Assembly (NCBI GenBank): GCA_031409335.1 | Contig: JANNWY010000204.1 | Span: 1-24,933, forward strand | DNA length: 24,933 nt | Origin: Chthoniobacteraceae bacterium | GTDB taxonomy: Bacteria > Verrucomicrobiota > Verrucomicrobiia > Chthoniobacterales > Chthoniobacteraceae | Direction of reading: 5' to 3' | Shown: positions 1-8,890 of the stretch, piece after piece | How the letters are laid out: each line of letters begins with the position of its first letter | Position numbering within the stretch: the first letter of the stretch is position 1 | Notes under the pieces: model-generated | The model's database searches: none | What the model was told of the DNA's origin: nothing | The model's input: only the letters and a program-made list of their open reading frames with translations | Translations under genes and position numbers: made by a program

Positions 1-137
1 GTCGGGCGTGGCTTCGGGTAACTCTCCTGCAAGCACCCAGAGTTCTTTTTGTTTTTCGCTGTCTTCGCGTCGCTCAAACATATTGCCTCTATCTATCCTT
101 CTAGCTCTGCCTTGTTGGAAGGTTTTTCAACAGGCTG
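1..137 (-). mobile_element. Left end of an IS5/IS1182-like insertion sequence: terminal IR plus start of transposase (ATG at 81, runs off the window)
   Basis: Minus strand reads TTAA|CAGCCTGTTGAAAAACC (137-121), resembling IS5/IS1182-type ends. An open frame from ATG 81 to base 1 gives MFERREDSEKQKELWVLAGELPEATPD, resembling the 'Q.E.W....ELP' N-termini of such transposases. Only 27 codons are visible. Confidence 0.55.
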
Positions 138-183
138 TTAAAGAAAAGGTGATGTCACTCTTTGCGGGCACCGGCGAAAAGAA

Positions 184-627
184 GTGAGGAAACCCGTGAA
201 CGAAAATCGAGCACGTAACTTCCTTCTTGGTATTTGGGCATCTTCGTTTCTCACGTGTCTAGTAATTGCGTTTTACTTACATATGAGCGGTGAAGCCATT
301 GAAGAGAATAATTTTAACGCGCTAGTTGCTCGCTTAAATGGGCTGTATGTCACTTATTTAGGCGTCATGATCTCATTTTATTTAACGCGAAGGCGAGTGA
401 CTGCTAGAGCGGCTGCTACCCAGACTGCCAAATCGAATGTTCCATTTGTGATTGCAGCCTCTGGATCTTTCCTTTGGAACGCGGTAATTCTCTCGTTTGT
501 AGGGAGCCTGCTGTTTGGCGTGGGATACGTTGAGGACACCATAACGCAGGTGGAAACATTCGGATCGTTGTTATCGTGGCTTGTGGCACCTGCGATAGGC
601 TTTTATTTTGGAAAACTTGGATCCTAA
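184..627 (+). CDS. Small membrane protein, about 4 TM helices, unknown function
   Basis: 147-aa ORF with four hydrophobic segments and paired motifs LGVMISFYL / APAIGFYFG. Its TAA overlaps the ATG of the next gene (TAATG 625-629). Confidence 0.75.
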   Translation: MRKPVNENRARNFLLGIWASSFLTCLVIAFYLHMSGEAIEENNFNALVARLNGLYVTYLGVMISFYLTRRRVTARAAATQTAKSNVPFVIAASGSFLWNAVILSFVGSLLFGVGYVEDTITQVETFGSLLSWLVAPAIGFYFGKLGS

Positions 628-2486
628 TGAAAAAATTAGTTACACTTATTCGATTGCTTATACTCGCTTTTATTTGGCTATGTGGTAACAGCCTTCAAGC
701 CGTCCAAAATTTCGCGTTAGTTATCGGCATTTCCGGTTATCCGAACTTTCCTGGGGGCGAGGAACTTAAATATGCACATAAGGACGCAGAAGAATTTGCG
801 AAGTTCCTCAAGAGTCCTGCTTGCGGCGAATTTGCCGAAGCTAACATTAAAGTAATTCCTCGTATGGAGGCAACCCGTGACGGGATTCTCGATGGATTGA
901 AGTGGTTAGACGACAATGTTCAGAGCAATAGTAAAGTCTATGTGTTCTTCTCTGGACATGCGCTTCCTGTTGACAAAGGCAATGTCTACTTGATTCCTTA
1001 CGGAGTTCCGAAAGCGAGTCCCGAACGTGGCATTGCGATAAATGAGTTTTTCGACAGAATTGTTGAGTTGCCAGTGAGCCGAGCAATCCTCTTCATGGAC
1101 GCCTGTCATTCGAGTGCTGCGGCAAATCCCCGTGGCGCGAAGGGGGAAGGAAGCACTAGCCGTGCAATAAGCAAAGCATGGGAAAAAGAGAACCAAGAGA
1201 ACAAGCTGCCTGTGGCTTTCGCTTTCTTTTCTGCGAGTAGCAATCAAAAGGCGTTCGAGCATGAAAAGGCCGGCGGTGGGCATGGAGTCTTTACCCACTT
1301 TTTGCTGGAAGGGCTTAGGGGAAAGGCAAAGAAGCGAGACAGTAACACACCTGCGGAGTATATCAGTTCCGAAGACTTGTATCGCTATGTTTTGGATGAG
1401 GTGCAAGCCTTTACGAAAAAGTATATTCGCGTGCTTCAAACGCCTGCCAAATCGCCGGGTTTCGATCCCAACATTGTCATGGCATCTTTAACGAAGATGG
1501 AAGGCACAACAATGACGCCTGTGCCTACCAACGATTCAAGCCAAGCTGAGGAGGCAGCTCGGGCGCTAGTCGCGAGAGAACTCGCATTACGCTCCTTGTT
1601 TGTGGGAACTTCAAACGCACAGAAAACATCCGCTGAATTGAAAATCACTCTTGCAAATATTCAGGGGTCTTTGAAAAGCGCCGGATTATATGAAGGAGAG
1701 GTTGACGGCATACCGGGGCCGAAAACAACAGCCGCCATCATCAGTTGGCAGGAAACTTCTCAACTTCAAGCTACTGGCACGCTTGACAGCAAAACGATAA
1801 ACTCACTTAAGAAGGCTGACAGCTCGCGTTATACGAATACGCTCAATATGAAATTTGTTCGCGTTCCAGGGTTGGACGTGCTGGTTAGCATTTGGGAGAC
1901 GCGCAATAGAGACTACCAAGCATACTGTGCAGCCGAAGGAATTGATCACCGCGACATCGGCCTTATTCAGAATGACCTGCACCCGGTAGTAAGAGTGAGT
2001 TACGAGGAGGCCCGCGCTTTTTGTAAATGGCTTTCTAAGAAGGAGAATCGCAGATACCGTCTTCCAACCGATGCAGAGTGGAGCCAATTTGTTGGGCTTT
2101 CCAACGAACAAGGTGAAACTCCAGCGGAAAAATCTTATTATGCAGCAAAAGTGTATCCTTGGGGTGGCGACTTCCCTCCTCCTCCGAAAGTGGCAAACTT
2201 GGCGACAGGCGGCGATGAATTTGAGGATACTGCCCCGGTAGGCAGACATGGGCCGAGCAAATTTGGGCTCTACGATATTTCCGGTAATGTGTGGGAATGG
2301 TGTGGAACGAAATTCAATGCGCCACAGATGCCATCGGCATATGTGGTAAGAGGTGGCGGTTGGGGAGACCCAAACGAAGTGGCTGCTAGATCAGGGCACC
2401 GATATTGGGCTGACCGAAATCACGTAGCCAGCGATTCCATTGGCTTTCGAGTAGTGTTGGATCCTAGCGCGGGCTCAGAGCGATAG
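627..2486 (+). CDS. Secreted caspase-family (peptidase C14) protein with peptidoglycan-binding domain and C-terminal FGE-sulfatase (SUMF1/CLec-fold) domain
   Basis: Signal peptide MKKLVTLIRLLILAFIWLCGNSLQA; ALVIGISGY; catalytic dyad FSGHA / MDACHS; HGVFTHFLLEGL; PG-binding LKSAGLYEGEVDGIPGPKTTAAI; FGE-fold YRLPTDAEW, FGLYDISGNVWEW, VVRGGGW, IGFRVV. Start placed at ATG 627 by translational coupling. Confidence 0.9.
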   Translation: MKKLVTLIRLLILAFIWLCGNSLQAVQNFALVIGISGYPNFPGGEELKYAHKDAEEFAKFLKSPACGEFAEANIKVIPRMEATRDGILDGLKWLDDNVQSNSKVYVFFSGHALPVDKGNVYLIPYGVPKASPERGIAINEFFDRIVELPVSRAILFMDACHSSAAANPRGAKGEGSTSRAISKAWEKENQENKLPVAFAFFSASSNQKAFEHEKAGGGHGVFTHFLLEGLRGKAKKRDSNTPAEYISSEDLYRYVLDEVQAFTKKYIRVLQTPAKSPGFDPNIVMASLTKMEGTTMTPVPTNDSSQAEEAARALVARELALRSLFVGTSNAQKTSAELKITLANIQGSLKSAGLYEGEVDGIPGPKTTAAIISWQETSQLQATGTLDSKTINSLKKADSSRYTNTLNMKFVRVPGLDVLVSIWETRNRDYQAYCAAEGIDHRDIGLIQNDLHPVVRVSYEEARAFCKWLSKKENRRYRLPTDAEWSQFVGLSNEQGETPAEKSYYAAKVYPWGGDFPPPPKVANLATGGDEFEDTAPVGRHGPSKFGLYDISGNVWEWCGTKFNAPQMPSAYVVRGGGWGDPNEVAARSGHRYWADRNHVASDSIGFRVVLDPSAGSER

Positions 2487-2513
2487 AAAGCGCCTCTCGA
2501 AAAGGAGCGCTTT
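2487..2513 (+). terminator. Possible hairpin/terminator after the caspase gene
   Basis: AAAGCG...CGCTTT imperfect stem immediately after the TAG; the U-tract is short. Confidence 0.3.
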
Positions 2514-2658
2514 ATCACCCATCCAGTGAAAAAGGATGGATGCGGCAGGTTCCGCTGGAGTGTGGGAAAGGATGCGAAACCAACTCCGAGCACTGTATGA
2601 AAGCGAAGGCTACTGCGTCGAAAGCATGAACGCCGATGGGAGCGGGCACAAGTCACTC

Positions 2659-2828
2659 TGGGCTTGCCCCGGTTTGGTGGACACCCAGAGAAGCGGAGAG
2701 TGAAATGAACGACGATGAACAAGACCAACAACGAAATGAGCGCGGGGGCGACAAGCTTCGCTCAATTCAAACGCTACGATGAGGCGTTCAAGCGCCAAGC
2801 CGTGGAGCACTGGCGGAAGCGCAAATGA
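2659..2828 (+). mobile_element. IS3-family remnant: left IR plus first ~35 codons of OrfA transposase
   Basis: TG-starting IR-like TGGGCTTGCCCCGGTTTGGTGGACACC (2659-2685). ORF 2715-2828 MNKTNNEMSAGATSFAQFKRYDEAFKRQAVEHWRKRK* contains the HTH_Tnp_1-type 'RY.E.FK.QAV' start, then stops abruptly. Confidence 0.7.
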
Positions 2829-3172
2829 ATTTTGTCGCCACCGTCTCGCACGAACTGCTCACGCCGCTCACCGTCATCCGCGGCGCGGCGCACAATCTCG
2901 AGCGCGGCGTGGTGCGCGAGCCGGAGCGCATCGGCGAGTACGCCGGGCTCATCACGCAGCACGCCGAGCAGCTTCAGGAGATGGTCGAGCAGGTGCTCAC
3001 GTACGCCGGGGCGAGAAAGAACGCGCTCCTCGCGACCCGCGCGCCCGTCGCACTCGGCGAGATTTTGCGCGATGCCATCGCCGCCGCCGCGCCCGAGACG
3101 CAGGCCGCGCATTGTGAGTTGGAAATCAAAATCGCGGACCCGCTCCCATCGCTGAATGGCGACGCCGCCGCG
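2825..3172 (+). pseudogene. Sensor histidine kinase fragment (HisKA domain plus start of HATPase)
   Basis: NFVATVSHELLTPLTVIRG H-box, LQEMVEQVL, PLPSLNGDAAA. There is no sensor region, and the reading turns into antisense VapC sequence just before the N-box. Confidence 0.8.
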
Positions 3173-3340
3173 CCTGCGCCGGCCATTCGGCAGCAGTTCG
3201 ATCCCTTTCCAAATCTCGCCGAGAGAAACCGCCGACACGCTGGCCAGATCCTCATGCGCTTCCAGCCACGCGAGCGCCGTTTTGTCCGGCCGCGGCTTGG
3301 TGGCCTCGCTCAGCACATTCGTATCCAGCAGGTAACTCAC
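3170..3340 (-). pseudogene. vapC: 3'-truncated VapC/PIN toxin
   Basis: MSYLLDTNVLSEATKPRPDKTALAWL...SAVSLGEIWKGIELLPNGRRRR is a classic PIN N-half. After ~57 aa it reads into the antisense of the kinase fragment and lacks the C-terminal acidic residues. Confidence 0.8.
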
Positions 3341-3351
3341 AGCCTCGCGGT

Positions 3352-3609
3352 TCAGCCCAATTTAATCGTCCGCGAAGTTTCCCGGCTGCGCGCGCCGACC
3401 AGTTCCCCGAGCCCGGGGGCCGGACACTTCCGCAGATGGCCGAGCAGCGAACTTCCGCGCTTGATCCGTTTCATGCGTTCGACCGACACGACGACGACCA
3501 CCGGCTTGCCGTGTTTGGTGATGACTTGCTCGCCTTCGGTGCGCGCCCGTTCCACCACTTCGCTGAGCCGATTTTTCGCGTCCTGCAATGACCATGTGGC
3601 GGTCTTCAT
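3352..3609 (-). CDS. Phd/YefM-family antitoxin
   Basis: MKTATWSLQDAKNRLSEVVERARTEGEQVITKHGKPVVVVVSVE (85 aa from ATG 3609), directly upstream of the PIN gene. Confidence 0.9.
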   Translation of the reverse strand: MKTATWSLQDAKNRLSEVVERARTEGEQVITKHGKPVVVVVSVERMKRIKRGSSLLGHLRKCPAPGLGELVGARSRETSRTIKLG

Positions 3610-3660
3610 ACGCGTAACTATCGGTGGCGAAACCGGCCAGTCCAGCCAGATTCGCTGCCG

Positions 3661-3828
3661 ATGAACGCGTTCATTTCGCTGCGCGGTGAAATCGGCATCA
3701 CCGACGGTGGCACTGGCCTCGGCCTCGCGATCGTGAAAAGCTGCCTCGAAGCCTGCCCCGGCAGCGTGGCCGTGCGCAATCGCGAGCCACACGGGCTGCG
3801 GGTGGAAATCAAACTGCGCGCAGTTTAG
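3661..3828 (+). pseudogene. Histidine kinase C-terminal (HATPase_c G2-box) fragment
   Basis: Reading frame not in the ORF track: ...DGGTGLGLAIVKSCLEACPGSVAVRNREPHGLRVEIKLRAV*. Confidence 0.7.
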
Positions 3829-3882
3829 CGCCCGGGTTGTGAAAGCTGTGCCGCGATGACCCGGCGCGGATTCATCGAGCGA

Positions 3883-5115
3883 TCAGTGGATGCCGACTTC
3901 GCTGCTCACGAGCGCGCCGCGTTCGTCTTTCACGGAAACATACCACGCGGTCGCATCGGCGGGAGGCGCGTCGCCGGTGATCTTCGCGCCGTCGATCGTG
4001 AGCGGCTGCGCGGTCCACGCGCGCTTGTGATTTTCGATGTGTGGCGCAGTCGTAAAGTACAGTTCGGCGGAAGTCAGCGCGGTTTTCGTTTCGACATCGG
4101 CGTTCACTTTTCCACCGTCGATCGAGCAGTGCGTGACCTTCGCGAGCGGCACGCCGCCTTGCAGCACGGAGTCGATGAAGAGGAACGCCTCGGGCACGTC
4201 GAAGATGTGGCCGTGCGGCATCGCGGGTTTGATCGCGATGTTCTTCGGGCTTTGCGCGAGCGCGTAGGTTTTCATGTAGCTGTCGAGCGGATAGGCGAAA
4301 TCGTTCGAGCCATTCAGGAACAGGATCGGCATCGTCGCGGAGCCGGTGTAGCTCGCCGGGTCCCAGAGTTGCGTCCATTTCTGCATCCACGGCCATTCGG
4401 TTTTTTTCGGGTCGAACCACTGCTTCGACCACGTGCTGTTGTCGCCGAGAAATCCGCAGCCGTATTGCGGCACGGCGACTTTGAACCGCGGATCGACGCC
4501 CGCGACGATGCACGTGAGATACCCGCCCCAGCTAATGCCGGTGACGCCGGTTCGCTCGACATCCACTTCCGGCAGCGAGCGGAGGAGCGAGTGCGCGAGC
4601 AGCACATTTGCGACGGAGTGATACGTCCACTGATCGCGATGCGGTGGCGGAGTTTCGCGGAATTTCGTGGCGTCGTCCTGATTCGGCCCGCCGTCGGGAT
4701 GGCGCTCGGGATTCTTGCCAGGCTCGGGCTTCCAGTTGCCCGAGAGGTCCATCGCGATCGCGGCGTATCCGCGCTTCGCGTAAACATTCACCCACTGCTC
4801 GAAAGCATTGCCGCCGCCACCGTGGACGAGCACCATCGCGGGGAACTTCTTCCCCGGAGTCTTATCCGTGCCGAGCGTCGCTGGCGAAGCGTAGTAGGCA
4901 AACACGCCCGTCGCTCGCCCCTCGAAAGGCTCGCCCTCGTAGAATAACTCCCGCACCAGCTTCGACTCATCGAGCCACGCGACGGCAGGCACGCGACCGA
5001 GCGCCTTCGCATCCCACGGAGTCGTGGCAGGCAGCGCAACGGGCGGGCGCGCGGAGATTTCCGCCGCGATGAAAAGCAGCGAAAGCGCGGCCAGCGTGTG
5101 TTTGGGAATGTGCAT
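3883..5115 (-). CDS. Secreted alpha/beta-hydrolase (acetylxylan esterase / dienelactone hydrolase-like)
   Basis: Signal peptide; PAMVLVHGGGG; nucleophile elbow GISWGG; Asp in NGSNDFAY; His in PAMPHGH. Confidence 0.85.
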   Translation of the reverse strand: MHIPKHTLAALSLLFIAAEISARPPVALPATTPWDAKALGRVPAVAWLDESKLVRELFYEGEPFEGRATGVFAYYASPATLGTDKTPGKKFPAMVLVHGGGGNAFEQWVNVYAKRGYAAIAMDLSGNWKPEPGKNPERHPDGGPNQDDATKFRETPPPHRDQWTYHSVANVLLAHSLLRSLPEVDVERTGVTGISWGGYLTCIVAGVDPRFKVAVPQYGCGFLGDNSTWSKQWFDPKKTEWPWMQKWTQLWDPASYTGSATMPILFLNGSNDFAYPLDSYMKTYALAQSPKNIAIKPAMPHGHIFDVPEAFLFIDSVLQGGVPLAKVTHCSIDGGKVNADVETKTALTSAELYFTTAPHIENHKRAWTAQPLTIDGAKITGDAPPADATAWYVSVKDERGALVSSEVGIH

Positions 5116-5177
5116 GATTTTCGAGTCGCGGAGACTATCTCAGGGGCGCGCGGTTCTTGGCAAGGTGCGCGGTAGAT

Positions 5178-5343
5178 TCCGGGTAGCACGCTCGTCCCGA
5201 GCGTTGGTTTCGGCGTCCCGCCGAAATGCACTTTCTTGCCGTGTCGGTACTGATTTCGTGAACGAATACCGGGGCGAAGCGTGAGGGAAGTTCGTCTTGG
5301 CGGGACGCCAAGACCAACGCTCGGGACGAGGGTGCTACCCGGA
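5178..5343. repeat. REPIN/MITE-like element, family A copy 1 (45-bp inverted arms)
   Basis: 5178-5222 TCCGGGTAGCACGCTCGTCCCGAGCGTTGGTTTCGGCGTCCCGCC vs 5299-5343, 3 mismatches. Each arm holds internal palindromes, and the element abuts the stop of the PSD1 gene. Confidence 0.85.
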
Positions 5344-7874
5344 TTCAATTTGTGATCGTCTCGTTCAGATTCAGCAGCACGTTCCCCATTGCCGTCCACG
5401 CTGCGAGTTCGCTGTCGTCGGTGTTCGCGGGTTTCGCGAGGTCGCCGACTTTTACAAGCGCCGTGGCGGCGGCTTTGTCCTGCGTATAGGTCGTGAGCTG
5501 GGTTTCGAGCGTTTTTGCGAGGATCGCGATTTCCTTTTCGGAAGGCGGGCGCGCGAGTGCCAGACGCCAGGCGAGGCGCAGGCGCGAGGTGTTGTCGGGG
5601 CCGCCTTCTTTCAAAATCCGCTGCGCGAAGGCGCGCGCGGCTTCGACGAAGACGGGGTCGTTCATCAGCACGAGCGATTGCAGCGGCGTGCTCGTTTTCG
5701 CGCGCTGCGCGGTGCAGAATTCGCGCGTCGGCGCGTCGAGCGTGATGAAGCTCGGATACACCGTGGAGCGCCGCCAATAGACGTAGAGCCCGCGCCGGTA
5801 GAGGTCGTCGCCTTTCGATTTGTCGTAGTTGTAGCCGCCCATTTCGTTGATCTCCCACGTGCCGGGCGGTTGCTCGGGCTTGATGCTTTTGCCGCCGAGT
5901 TTTCCGTTGAGGATGCCGCCGATCGCGAGCGCGTTGTCGCGGATGATTTCGGCGTCGAGCCGCTGGCGCGGGCCGCGCGCGAGCAGGCGGTTTTCGGAAT
6001 CTTTTTCCAAAAGCCGCGGACTGACGCGCGAGGACTGGCGATACGTTTCGCTCAACACGATTTGTTTGATCGCGCGCTTCACGTTCCAGTCCTTCATGAA
6101 ATCCGCGGCGAGCCAGTCGAGCAGTTCGGGGTGGCTCGGCCATTCGCCCTGCGCGCCGAAATCGTTCACCGTCTTCACGAGCCCGTTGCCAAAGAGCATT
6201 GCCCACCAGCGGTTGATTGTGACGCGCGCCGTGAGCGGTTGATCCTTCGCCACGAGCCACTTTGCAAAATCGAGCCGGTTCAGCGGCTTGCCGTCCGCGC
6301 GGGGGGCGATCGGTGGCAGGAATCCGGGCGCGGCGGGCACGACTTTCGCGCCATTTTCGTCGTAGGCTCCGCGCACTTTGATGAAGGTGTCGCGCGGCTT
6401 TTCCATCTCGGACATCACCATCGTGTTTGGGATTTCGCGTTCGAGTTTCTCCCTCGTCTTGCGAATTTCCGCGACCTTCGTCGCGGCTTCCGCGAACTCC
6501 GGTGCCTGCGATTCGCGGTAGAATTTCTGAAGCTGCGTCTTCTGCTCCGCCGTCCGCTTTTCCACCGGGATCGCGGCGATGGCAAAGGTCGCGCCGCCTC
6601 CGAGCGCGGCGACTTCATTTGGTGGCAGCGCGCGCTCGTAGATGCGGAACTCATCGACGCGTCCGGTGAATGTCGGTCCGGCCGCGCCGCGCCGCCCGAT
6701 GCTGAATGGCTCGGGGGTTTTGATCGTTTCGGTGAGCGTGTCGATTTGCGCCTTCGTTTTCTCAAGCTGCCCGTTCACATACATCTTCACGCCCGCCGCC
6801 TTGCCCGAGCCATCGTACGTCACGAGCAAATGCAGGAACGTATCCGCGGGCAAATCGCGTTCGGCCTGCACGCTGATCGCGTTCGCGGGCCATTGATTGA
6901 CGAGATGGAAACTTGGGCGCGTGCCGTGGAATTCGACATCCCATCCGCGCGTCGTCGCGCTCGATTCCATTTTTCCAAATGGTGACCCGCCCTGCGGCTT
7001 TAGGCGCAGCCATGCCGACACGGTGAACGCCTGATCTTTTTCAAAGCCGAATTTGTCGCCGTATTCGATCCATCCTTTTTTCTCCACGCGCAGACTTTGC
7101 CCCACGGCCCCGTCGGTAAAGGTCGCCTCGCCGTTGAGTTCACCCGTCAGCGGCTTCCCATCCGTGCCGGTCCCGTTGCCGTCCGCATCGAGCGGAATCT
7201 TCACCAGCGGTCCCGCCGGCTCCGCCGCCTGCCCGCTCGCGGCGATCCGCGTTTCCCACTCCGCCTGCTTCGCATCGGCAGCCTTCGCGATTTCCTGGCG
7301 CCGCGTTTCCGCGCCCGCGATTTCACCATCGAGTCGCGATATTTCCCCCGCTTGTTCCGGCGTCGGCACGCGCAGGAACGGCTTCGGATTCCGGTCGCGC
7401 ACGCCGTCCTTGCCGCTCTCGGGCACGTTGTGGAAGAAGCTGTACACCTGGTAAAAATCGCGTTGCGTGATCGGATCGTATTTGTGATCGTGACACTGCG
7501 CGCAAGCGACCGTGAGGCCGAGCCACGTCACGCCTGTCGTGGCCACGCGATCGACGACATACAGGTTCAGATATTCCTCCTCGATGAGCCCGCCCTCGTC
7601 GCTCGTCATCACATTGCGGTGAAAACCGGACGCGATCTGCTGGTCGATCGTCGCGCCTGGCAGCAGGTCGCCCGCGATTTGCTCGATCGTGAATTGATCG
7701 AACGGCATGTTCGCGTTGAACGCCTTGATGACCCACTCGCGCCACAGCCACATGTCGCGCAGCGAATCGTTGTGATACCCGCTCGTGTCCCCGTACCGCG
7801 CGAGATCGAGCCACGGGATCGCGAGCCGCTCGCCGAAATGCGGCGAGGCGACCACGCGATCGACGGCGGCGTCC

Positions 7875-7906
7875 ATCGCGGATTGCGGATCGCGGATTGT
7901 GGATTG
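7875..7906. repeat. Degenerate heptamer tandem repeat (ATYGYGG x4.5), in frame within the PSD1 gene
   Basis: atcgcgg attgcgg atcgcgg attgtgg attg; encodes QSTIRDPQSAM. Confidence 0.7.
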
Positions 7907-8046
7907 AACGAAGTCGTCCACTTCCGCGATCGACGGCGGGACTCCCGTGAGGTCGAGCCACAGCCTGCGGATCAAGCGCGCGGGCTCTTCTGCGGGCGAA
8001 GGCTCGAGCTTTTCCTTTTCCAGCCGCGCGCGAACGAACGCATCAA

Positions 8047-8071
8047 TTCGATGTTCGATGTTCGATGTTCG
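8047..8071. repeat. Perfect heptamer tandem repeat (TTCGATG x3 + TTCG) at the frameshift
   Basis: ttcgatg ttcgatg ttcgatg ttcg; AACATCG x3 on the coding strand. Confidence 0.9.
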
Positions 8072-8643
8072 GCGGTTCCTCCGCCTTCACCGGCTGAAAC
8101 GCCCAGTGCCCCGTCCAGTTCGCGCCCTCCTTGATCCAGCGCCGCAGCAACTCCGCCTGCTCCGGCTTCAGTTTCTTGTGCTCCTTCGGCGGCGGCATCA
8201 CCTCGTCCTTATCGGTGGAAGCGATGCGCCGCAGCAGCTCGCTCTTTTCCAAATCGCCCGGCACGATCGCGATCTCGCCCGACTCCATTTTCCCAAACGC
8301 CGACTCCTTCTCGTCCAGCCGCAACCCAGCCTTGCGCTTGCCCGAGTCCGGCCCATGGCAGGCGAAGCAATGCTCGGAAAGCAGCGGGCGAATCTCGCGC
8401 GCAAAATCGACGCCAGCCGCGCTCGCGGCGAGTGGGAGGGCGATTGCGATGAGGAAAAGGCGGAAAGACTTCATATGTTGGCTGCGTGTTATGTCGGACG
8501 GCGCTGGAATCTTAGCACCTCCATCTTCCCATAGAGAAATTGCTTCGCGGCGGATTCGTGAATCTCGAAGACACCCACTGGCTCACCGGCGACGACGACG
8601 GCGGCGATGGCATCATCCCCATCACCGACCCCGCAAGAATGAA

Positions 8644-8764
8644 AGCCGAAGGCCCTGGACTGCGGTGATTCCTTCACCGCTCTGGGAAAACGTCCGGCTT
8701 TGAGATGGAGCGCGGGGCAGGGGAAAAGCGGTGAAGGAATCACCGCAGTCCAGAGCCTTTGGCT
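8644..8764. repeat. REP doublet (REPIN-like), family B
   Basis: Perfect 27-bp IR CTGGACTGCGGTGATTCCTTCACCGCT (8655-8681 vs 8727-8753), extending to 38 bp with 2 mismatches. Each arm is itself a hairpin (GCGGTGA-TTCCT-TCACCGC). Confidence 0.85.
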
Positions 8765-8890
8765 GTTAGTCGCGAATCCCAATGCCCGGCGTGGGATCGA
8801 TCTTGAACGACAATGGGGCACGAGCGCGGCGACGGTCGAGTCGGGCAGCGTCCGCTTGTCATCCGCACAGGGCTCGCGCTAGATACTTCG

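Larger units (their letters stand above)
5345..8474 (-). pseudogene. PSCyt1-PSCyt2(DUF1549)-LamG-PSD1(DUF1553) planctomycete cytochrome c protein, frameshifted at 8047-8071
   Basis: ORF 8474-8043 has a signal peptide, CFACHGPD, MPP, WIKEGA, HWAFQP. It continues in another frame as IDAFVRARLEKEKLEPSPAEEPARLIRRLWLDLTG, WLDLARYGDT, CAQCHDHKYDP, LamG (HLLVTYDGS, VDEFRIY), HPELLDWLA, TPLQSLVLMN. Confidence 0.9.

Noticed and set aside
1840..2486. True formylglycine-generating enzyme maturing the sulfatase at 13305
   Set aside because: The RGGGW region lacks the catalytic cysteine pair, so this is the fold only.
2330..2520. FGE/CLec C-terminus plus downstream hairpin as a diversity-generating retroelement target
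   Set aside because: No template repeat copy and no reverse transcriptase are visible in the window; it cannot be excluded in trans.
2825..3664. 279-aa ORF (and 188-aa ORF 2774-3340) as real full-length proteins
   Set aside because: Both are chimeric read-throughs of a kinase fragment into antisense TA sequence, and the reverse.
8526..8668. Short plus-strand frame LPIEKLLRGGFVNLEDTHWLTGDDDGGDGIIPITDPA
   Set aside because: It looks coding-like but has no clear start and no recognisable family; possibly a gene relic, not supportable.
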